DNA of 63,020 bases, filler included, from Platydemus manokwari (Eukaryota): the NCBI GenBank assembly GCA_037951405.1. It is 5 parts of 5 records of this genome, joined end to end, with 100 filler letters (N's around TTAATTAATTAA, not from the genome) between each part and the next. Parts side by side here need not be neighbours in the genome. Positions count along the whole stretch, not along the records: positions 53,856 to 63,020 come from JBBMOY011289540.1; 4 more parts are not named here. One strand, written 5' to 3'. A model generated the notes under the pieces. That model ran no database searches, had not been told where the DNA came from, and saw only the letters and a list, made by a program, of their open reading frames with translations. This document shows positions 53,931 through 63,020 of this stretch, piece by piece. The first letter of the stretch is position 1. Each line of letters opens with the position of its first letter. Position numbers and translations under genes: made by a program.

Positions 53931-54261
53931 TTCTCAACTGTTTTATTATCACTCTAGATTTTCAATTTCAGTGAGTTGTATAATTCTATCTTGTGATAAT
54001 TTCTGGAGGTATAATATCTAGAAATATAGCCACGTCTAGAATATGCAAATCATTTTCCATTTCCTTGTTCTAGTGAATCGCTTATATGATTTGAAGAAGT
54101 TTGGAATAATTTAATATTGGAATGCAAATTTACATTGATTTTTATCGTGGCTCTTGACAAAGACATTTTACCGGTTTTACTGTGTCCATCGCTATAGCTT
54201 AGATAGTGGTGTTTTACTCGAAACTTACGGCTGATGGTTAAGAATTGATAATTGTCTATAA

Positions 54262-54384
54262 CAGAGGTGGCCAACTTTTGTGTACTTAAGATCGACTTTT
54301 CATTTGAATAACATCTCACGCGATAGACTAAAATTGGCTTCAAGATCGACCAGTCGATCACGATCGACCGGTTGGCCAGCCCTG
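54262..54384. mobile_element. 123-bp hAT MITE with a perfect 8-bp TSD
   Basis: TSD GTCTATAA at 54254-54261 and 54385-54392. TIRs CAGAGGTGGCCAAC / GTTGGCCAGCCCTG. Internal GATCGAC repeats. Confidence 0.92.
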
Positions 54385-55446
54385 GTCTATAAGACATTGT
54401 ATGAATATAAATGAGTAGAGGCCAATAGGTTCTTATTAGAAAACATTCAAAACTAATAAAGTGAAAATAATTCGTAAATAAAAACGATAAAAAATTTATT
54501 TTGTAAAACCAAAATATTTTATTTAAATTAATTGAAAACTACGTGAACAACTTATTGTTCTCTCAAAAACTGGAAAAGAAAAACTTTTAATCAAATCTGA
54601 GAAAAAAAAGAAACTTGTTTTTGAAGAAATTTTAAAAAAAGTTACGTAATTAAATACATGTGAATGCAAAAGAAGTGTATCGCATTTAAGTAATAATCAT
54701 AAAACAATAAATAAAGTAATAATCATAACCTATAAAAATTTAAATGAAATTAAGCAACCTTAATGGAATTTAATAATTTTCACTATCAAATAATAACCAA
54801 GTTTAAAGAGTCATCTTTTCAATTTTCAAAAAAGCTTCTCATATAAGAAATTTAAAAATTCACGATTTGAGGTTTACCTTAAAAATTTACATTTTGTCAA
54901 AATTGAAGTCAATTATTTTGTTATATTTGAATAAAAATTAAACTCGAAATAAAAATAATTAATCGTAGATTTGTAAATATAATATTAAATAAAATACCAG
55001 ATATATTTGAAAAGATTCAATTATATATTATCTCAATAATGCCTCCTTGAGATACAATTATACACATGAAGATTCTGTCTCAATGATTTATAAAATAATA
55101 ATATTAATAATAAAATATTTTCAATAATAATCTCAAGAAATGTTCAGTGTTCTTCATGTACTGTATATAATAAACAGATTATCTATAAATAAATATTCTT
55201 CAGATTTTCTCTGTGATTTTCATATAAGAATGGTTACGAAAAAGATTCTGAAATTTCAATAAAAAACACTGGAGTCTTTAACGAATTGAACTACACTTCT
55301 GACGTCGCTGGGCATTTATTCAATATAGAACAATATTTATCAAAACAAAATGAAAATTAGATGAATAAAATCAAATAATGAAATATGAAATTCTTTTTGA
55401 AATTTGTGGACAATCATTGATAGCTATCATGTTCTATTTTCTTCCG

Positions 55447-55492
55447 TATATATAAATGACGTGTCTTTTCTATTGGCTACAGTTTTAATTGG
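55447..55492 (+). promoter_or_regulatory. Putative TATA box (and reverse CCAAT motifs) upstream of the lectin gene
   Basis: TATATATAAAT about 90 nt upstream of ATG 55544; ATTGG at ~55472 and ~55488. Confidence 0.35.
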
Positions 55493-55543
55493 ATAAGACT
55501 GTGTTCATATTGCAAAAACCATGAATGGTTTATCATTTTTAAC

Positions 55544-56290
55544 ATGATATTATATCTAGTTTTATTTTGTTATATTTTACATTCGATTACATCACAATGC
55601 CAGAACAAGTACCAACAATGTGGATCATTGTGTTATCAATCGATAAACATACAAGAAACGTTTTATGAATCATGTGAAATATGTTACTCTCTTGGAGGTA
55701 GATTAGCCTTGGATACAGAACTAAAATTATTACGGAGCTGCATTTCAAATAAAGCATTTTTTACAGGTATTACTGATTTATTGAATGAAAGATTTAGTAA
55801 TAAGACGGAGTGGTTAAACATCGATGGATCACTGATGCTTAGGACAAATTTATGGAAACCAATTGAACCAAATGCGATTATTGGAGGTGAAGATTGTTCA
55901 ATATATACTATAGATGGGCTTTTAGATTATTTTTGTTTTTGGACAAAATCAATATTGTGTGTAAAAGACAATGGTGTGAAAGTCAATTCTAAATATTACA
56001 AAAGAGACGACTTAAATATCTACAACAACGACGATCGTGAAATTGGTTTTCACAAAAACGTGAGTTCGAAAAGTAAACTGCATTGCGGATTTTTGTAAAA
56101 TAATTTATTACATTGAAAATTATGTTGATAATTTGTTTGTAGATGTGGTCAAGAATACAATTGTAAATCATTCTTTTATAATAATGATAGAAGCGAATGT
56201 GTGTTGTTGATGTATGCCAGTGGTACTCTACCTGCAAGCTGGAAGAAACTTAATCAACATTGGGAAGGTTATCACTTTGTGAAACAATAA
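55544..56290 (+). CDS. Secreted C-type lectin (EPN) + PAN/apple domain protein, 232 aa; exons 55544-56094 and 56143-56290
   Basis: Signal peptide MILYLVLFCYILHSITS. CTLD: CY..TFYESCEICYSLGGRLA..FFTGITD..EWLNIDG..WKPIEPN..EDC..LLDYFC..ILC. A 48-nt phase-2 GT-AG intron (56095-56142) continues into SKLHCGFLCGQEYNCKSFFYNNDRSECVL (PAN motif) to TAA. AATAAA at ~56374 and ~56408. Confidence 0.9.
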
Positions 56291-58636
56291 TAGAACTATC
56301 AACCCTACATTACTATTGATGTCAAAAACGTCGTGCAAAATCTGATATCTTAAACATAATATTGCTTTAAATCAATAAATTTTAGAGCTTAAATGTATTT
56401 CAATATCAATAAATGCAGTGATTTTTAATTCGTTGAATAATTTTATAACATTATTTACCATTTTGAAAGCAAATTTTATTTTAATTTTTAATTAAATAAT
56501 GAAGTTTCTAAAAACTTTACAAAAGCTTTGCCAATCCATATTTCAATCCATTGTTCTTGTCCTTCACTTTGGGAGAAAATTAAATTTGTTCTTCTTATTT
56601 TTTTATTTTGAATTTCTCTGAATATCATATCTTTTTATTTTAATTTATTTTTTGCGAATTGATAGCAATTAGCATACTGAAAATTGTATTTTTGAATCTA
56701 AGAAGATCAGAGCCAGAAAAGTTAAGAAAAGAATTTAGTCAATAAGTGGAGAAGACAATGAAAGCATTATTTAATTTTTTTATTGTTGATAAAACAAATT
56801 AAGGATATCCCTCACAATTATCATTATCATTGAATTGTTAAACCATTGTCTTTGCCATGTAGAGTGAATAATTTAAATTAAAAATAACAAAGTACAACGC
56901 ACTAAAGAATTAACAATAGCAAATCTTGATAGTATCCAACTGGGTCATGAACATCTTACAATTGTTTCCAGCTTGAACATCATATCTCTCATTAGGTGAC
57001 AGACGCTAACCATTGTTAATCATTAAGAAGTACATTCAATTTGATTCAGCTAACAAAAATTGGATTGATTATCGTCATTGTAAGATAAAACAATTCAAGA
57101 AAGTTTTTATTGAGCTTTTTTAAGCAATATTTATCAAAAAAATAATAAAACTGGTAAATTAGATTTGTGAAGGTGTACACTCTTAAAATTTAAGAAATTT
57201 TTTAAATGTTTGTTATAATTATTATTTGTTGATTATTTATTGTTTAATTTACCTTAATTAATTGATAATTTAATTTAATTGGTTATTAAATATTTATAAT
57301 TTAGCATTATTATTTTAAAAATTCAATTAAAAAATCAATAAATAATATAATATTTTAAATATAATATTTTCCATTTCAAACCAATGAAATGGATATTGTT
57401 AATAATCAAGAAATATGTAATTGATATACAATACGAACATGGTGATATTGATGTGATTCGAATTTATTAAATAATGGCCAATATTTATTTACGTCAATGC
57501 CATAACCACATCTCTTAACTGGTTTCATCATTAATTGCCAAACTTGTTTTATAATAGTTATGATTTTTGATTGATTTTGTGATAGCTTTTGATATTAACG
57601 AAGTAATTCAAGTAATATTGATGAAACATACTAGATTTCAAACGAGTTTGTTGTTATAAATCCATAAAAGCCTTCTTCATATATTTATAACAATTATCAC
57701 AAAGCATTGAAACCTTTGAGTAATTAGAAATGTATTACTTTCATTTTCATTTTTGATTGATTGTCAATTTAATGATGAAGTCCGCAATTTGTTTAATTCG
57801 GGAAATTATATCGATGCAAGATATTGCATTTGTCGTTCTTCAGTAGATAAGTTTACTTTTTGTGATCTTCTTTATTTTCTTTCTCACTTAAATTTAAATA
57901 ATAATTACTTTAATTATTTTGAACTAATTTAAATAATTAAACCTCAATAATTTTAAATTTAAATAATTGATAATCGATTTTATCAATACGAAATAAATTT
58001 CCTTATTTATCAAATTATTATTACTATTTTACTAAATTTACATTTGTATTTACCTTCTTCAACATTTGAATCGAATGAAGATTTAGGAATTACACAATTT
58101 TTATACCAATGAGAACTTTAATTATACCATAATATAACACGTGTAAATCAAATACAATTCATTTTTAAAATAATTCAACAGAAATGAACAGATATTTTTT
58201 CTCAAAATTCATATCTACTTCCCCATAAAGAATTTCTTTAGAGATAATTTTTCTAAATTTATTATGTGAGTCAGATATTTAATAGCGATATTTAATTACA
58301 TTTTTAGTTAAAGTTTCGCGATTATTCTGATAAAAATATTTATAATCTTATTCAAACTTATATTCATCAATAACCCCTTCATTATTCTTATTGTATTTTT
58401 TTTACTTCTTAATCTATAATTATCTTTATTGCATTGTCTATATTCGGAAATTCTTAATTGTTTATTTTATTTTTTATATTGTAATAAAATTAATCATTTT
58501 TTATTTTTATAAATTCTTTTGTAGAGAAGTACGCACTCTGTGAGAAGAGCTATTTATTCATTAAAATTTTCTTTTAAATCTCACCCGTGTTCTTTTTCTA
58601 TCTCTAATTAATTTTCTATTTTTATGTTTTGATTAT

Positions 58637-61600
58637 ATTTAATTTTTAAAATTTCTTCTATTGAACCTTTGTAATTTAAAATTTCGTGTATCGGTTTATA
58701 TATAATTTATTAATAAAATCTTTAATTATTTCACATTCTTAAGTAAAAACCCGATCGTGGCTAATAATAGATTTCTTATTTTTGAATTTGAAAATAATTA
58801 TTGAGAACAATTCCTACGCAAAAATATCAGATAAAAATAGAGATAAAATATCTAACTAAAGTTGAATACTTCAAGATACCATCAAATCTAATCCATTTAT
58901 AAGCATTAACTGTAGTTCTTCATCGTGTCAACAAATTCCAATAAACATTTTTTTTATTCTGACTTTCAAATAATTAATTTTTTCGAAGATTAATTCTCTT
59001 TTTGTTTTATTTATTTTTTCATTATCTTGTATCATGGTAATTATTGATTTACATAGTCAATCAAGTTTATCAATACTTTCTTTGTTATTTTTACTTAAAT
59101 CAGGTCTGAACTTATTTTCAAAATGTTATTTCATTTCTCCACATACAGCATCAAAGTCATATTCTGGATCTCCCAAGTTTATTATTTAGTAATTATTTAA
59201 ACCCAAAATTCTTTTCATATAATCTTCATCTTCATTAATATATTCTTTATCATAAATTCCTTTCTTAACGTTAAATATTCCTTAAACATCTTTCATAATA
59301 TTTATAAAACTATTATCAAATTTGAAAGTTGGCGATACAAAAGGTAATTTCTATAATATCAAATAAATAGAAGTTCTAAAAATCATTCAAACTACACGGC
59401 GTATATAAATATTTTTACAATTATTGATTTTTTGAAAATATTTGTGCTATTTTGAGTATATCGATCCAAAGGTATATTTTAAAATGAACTGAATATTAGA
59501 TTTTTAACGTTGCCAATTTCATAAGTTTAGGTAATGAAATAATTCATACCCATTATTTCAACGTTTAACGTGATTATATTCTTGCTGATTCTCATTGGAT
59601 TTTTTCTAAAAGTTTTTATTTTCAACATTATTATTCAAAAAATTGAAAATAGCATCTCAATCCATATGGTTAAAAGCAAGCACTTCAAACAAAAAATACG
59701 GGCTCTCGTAATTGTCAGCTTGTTTACAAGCTGATAAATGCGATGGAAACTAGAAATATCAAGCAAAGAATTCAGAAATCTCCCATCAAAGTTTGTCCAT
59801 AGATTTTGATTAACAATGACTATTGCTTATGACTATTGGATTCTCCAGAGACACATTGTAATTTCTTTCCCATGAATTGTGGTTTTCAAAAACTAAAAAT
59901 AAATATTTGGAAAATGTAAGGAATTTCTGAATGATAAAAGTTTGGTAATTTTTATTTTTAATAAGAATTATGAAAAAGAGAAGAAAAATTAATAAATCGT
60001 GATGTTTATTATTAAGAACAGCGTTTTTTTGATTATTTTTGTAATAATATCATAAAAAGTACTTATTTCATGAATTTTACATTTTTTGATTCAGAAAATC
60101 ATTTTAGCAAACTTGTATTAAAATTATCTATAAACATATTTTAATGTATTTTAAATTTTGTATATTACTGAGAGGTTACAGTTATAGTTTGAGCAAGGTA
60201 CATAATAAATATGAAATATTTTTAATATCATCAATAAAAATATTTTTTATAATTATTAATTTTAATTTAAATTTAAAACCCCACACTGTGGTCACATATG
60301 AACTGGAATTTTGTGAAAAAAATATCTTTTAAATAAATTTCATCATTCTCAAAAATAATCCCCGCATCAAAACAATAAAAATATTCAACGTTTTTAATAA
60401 TTTTCGGAACTGTTGTTTAAAATAGACATGTGGAATGATCTTCACTCCTTTCTTCAATTGGGCTTTCATTTTTTTAATCTAATTAAAATAATGTTACTGG
60501 AGCTATTGATTAAGTTTATTACAAATTCTCAAAGAATTAATTCAGTTCCATAATCATGGTGCATAAAAGTGCTGTCTACTCATAATTGTGGCTGAATTGA
60601 CAAACAGCGCATAACATTCCATTGATATTTTTGACTAAAAATCTAGGAGCTCTTGGCAGAAGACGATATTGTGAAGTGTTCAGTACACATAAGCTTTCCT
60701 GAAAAATGCTTGGAAGAGGATATTGGATAGAAAGAGACAACAATGCAGAAAACACTCTATAATAGAAAATAATGAGCTATAAGTAATAGATTACGAGGCA
60801 ATCACATATAAATGCTCTGTAAGACACATCAAGTAAAACTGATAGACTCTGAAGTCGACATCGTAAACATATCACAAAATATGATAACAAATGAATGAAT
60901 AAAATGAATTACGAATGTGTTTTTATTTAGAATAACTACTCGAAATAATGTATGTTAATTGCTAAAACTTCCTTATTTTTCACGTTCAATTCAGAAAAAA
61001 CAATTTTACAGCACAAATAATATATTTTTATATTAAATACAATATAAACAAATATTCGTTATTTTTTCAACATTCCTTTAAAAATAAAATTAAAATTAAA
61101 ATGCACATATTTTCATTTTAAATTTGAAAATGATTTTAAACATATTTTGTGAGAGATTACAGTAATGGTTTGAGCAAGACCATTTCATATTTTCAGTTCG
61201 TATAATTTTTAAAATTTCTTCTATATAAACTTTTTAATTTCTCAATCTTTCATGTATCGGTTTATATATAATTTATTAATAACATGTTTAATTACTTCAC
61301 AAAACTTTATAATAATCTATCTCTCATTTTTACATTCAAATCAGTATGAAAATATTCGTTTAATAAAACCCCATTTGCGGATAAAAATAAATTTCTTATT
61401 TCTGAATATAAAAATTACCATAGGAAAAATTCCTACGCAAAAATGGCAGATAAAAATATAGATGAAATATCTAACTGAAATTGAATAAGTTAAGATGCCA
61501 TCGAATCTAATCAATTTATAAGCATTTACTGCTTTTCTTAAATCATTAATAATTTCTGTCAATTTATCGACATTTTTTATATTTGTAGTAAAGATTTTAA

Positions 61601-61813
61601 TGGGATTTTTCAACTTGTCATCTAATTGTCCATTAAATTGAACGTTAAAATATTTATCCAGAGATTAATTTTACCTTTTTTCTATTAATTTTTTATCATC
61701 TTGTATCACGGAAATTAATGATTTACAAAGTTAATCAGGTTTATCAATGCGTTCTTTGTTATTTTTAATTAAATCAGATCTGACTTTGTTTTCGAAATTT
61801 TTTTCATTTCTCC
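58637..61813. repeat. Diverged direct duplication (about 58637-59140 versus 61203-61813; also 60143-60198 versus 61130-61180) carrying decayed minus-strand ORFs
   Basis: Shared blocks include TGTATCGGTTTATATATAATTTATTAAT, TTCCTACGCAAAAAT, TTTATAAGCATT and TTTATCAAT..TTCTTTGTTATTTTTA. Confidence 0.85.
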
Positions 61814-61942
61814 AAATCTTGTTTCAAGATACTTTTTATTTATTTATTCTGGATGAATCCGAATCATATAAATAATGTGGTTATAGCTTGATAAATAAGA
61901 AAAGACATTTGCAAATTAGAGAGCAGTTAATAATGAACTAAC

Positions 61943-62165
61943 TATCAGGTTGTCGCATATGTCAAATGGATTAATCGGTCGACAAAAAATCGCATTTTCG
62001 ACACTTCTTTCTTTTTGCCTTCAATCGAGGTCAAAAAGCGAGTGAAGCTACCAGAGATATTTGTGCCGTGTATGGAGAGGACGATGTAGCTGAGAGAACT
62101 GCTCAGGATTTGTTTTGCTAGGTTAAAACACAATAGTTTTGACCTCAACAACAAGTATCTCAACT
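61943..62165 (+). mobile_element. Truncated mariner (Mos1-type HTH, cecropia-like) element
   Basis: TA-TCAGGTTGTCGCATATG end, then MD*SVDKKSHFRHFFLFAFNRGQKASEATRDICAVYGEDDVAERTAQ. Confidence 0.9.
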
Positions 62166-63020
62166 GGGTATAATAATCATATTTCAGTTACATTAACCTA
62201 TCGAAATATTCTTAATATTCTTTCATTAATTTATTCTAATTATTCATTTCAAAATAAACTTAATATTTGAATTTAAAATAGGATAGAATGACATATTATT
62301 ATTTATTATCAAATTAAAACAACATCTGTTTTTAAAATATAATATTAATAAATAAAAGTCTAAAAATGATATTTATGAATTTTCTGTTGATTTCCACTGA
62401 AAATTAAATATAAGAGATTGTTAAAACTTTTAAAACATGAACTGCAAAGTTAATGAAAGTCGGTTCTATTGATTTAAACCATTGAGATGTTGTGAAATAT
62501 TTTGTAAATTGTAGATGCGAAATACAGAATCAGGAATTTAATTAACAAATAAAATAATCTCTCATTGGTACTGCGTTAATCATTTTATGAAAGTTGCAGT
62601 AATGTTGGATGTGAATTTAATAAAGAGAAAATAAATTTATTCTCTCGAGAAATTAAAAGTTTCAAACAATTCAATTTCGTTGCTGTTGGTTCATAGGAGT
62701 TGCAGAAACACATTTAGCTTAATCTAATTTTATTAAAATGAATTTCATCAATTATTTATATTGAATGTTAAACGTAATAAAACGAAAAAAGTTTTGTTCT
62801 CCTTAGAGAGATTAAAAGTTTCAAACAATTCATTTTCGCGTTGTAATCAACTTGGTAATTGTTTTGGTAGATTCAATAAATTTTCTAAAATAGTTTATTC
62901 CTTGGTATAATATAAACTAAAAGATAGATTAATAAAATGTAATTAACACCAAATATGAAAATATTGTTCAATAATTACTTTACATGTTAAGATGAATTTC
63001 ACATTAAATAATTTTCCTTA

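Noticed and set aside
54050-54397. 115-aa minus-strand ORF
   Set aside because: It runs through the hAT MITE (54262-54384), so it is a chimeric chance ORF.
2665-60332. Most 60-100 aa ORFs in the track (F/I/L/N/K-rich, many with TTG or GTG starts)
   Set aside because: Expected by chance in very AT-rich DNA, or antisense to real features; no motifs or splice support.
62647-62843. About 35-bp direct repeat (62647-62682 and 62808-62843)
   Set aside because: Only two copies, with no associated structure; a minor local duplication.

Overview
Very AT-rich eukaryotic (metazoan) genomic DNA. It has short GT-AG introns of about 43-50 nt, cecropia-type mariner ends and F-type lectins, which together suggest a planarian or other flatworm (inference). 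The window is five contigs joined by four artificial 100-nt linkers (N..TTAATTAATTAA..N). I can build two apparently intact spliced genes. One is a 5-exon, 411-aa protein made of four divergent dsRBD-like modules (47287-48860, +). The other is a 2-exon, 232-aa secreted C-type lectin (EPN) + PAN/apple protein (55544-56290, +). Much of the rest is decayed, mostly intron-containing copies of cell-surface or immune genes: three F-type lectin copies in an inverted/direct duplication, a protocadherin-like relic, a class C (GABA-B-like) GPCR relic and LRR relics. These are interleaved with transposon debris (pogo, Tc1/mariner, hAT MITEs, a fold-back MITE, Gypsy gag-protease, a BEL/Pao-like LTR with PBS, a LINE RT fragment). 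The most notable oddities are the modular four-dsRBD-like gene, a TG...CA LTR-like repeat family that occurs in head-to-tail arrays with no internal region, a candidate minimal (Penelope-type) hammerhead ribozyme, and duplicated intronless ORF relics that may be Polinton- or virus-derived. All protein family calls are by-eye motif recognition; no searches were run.
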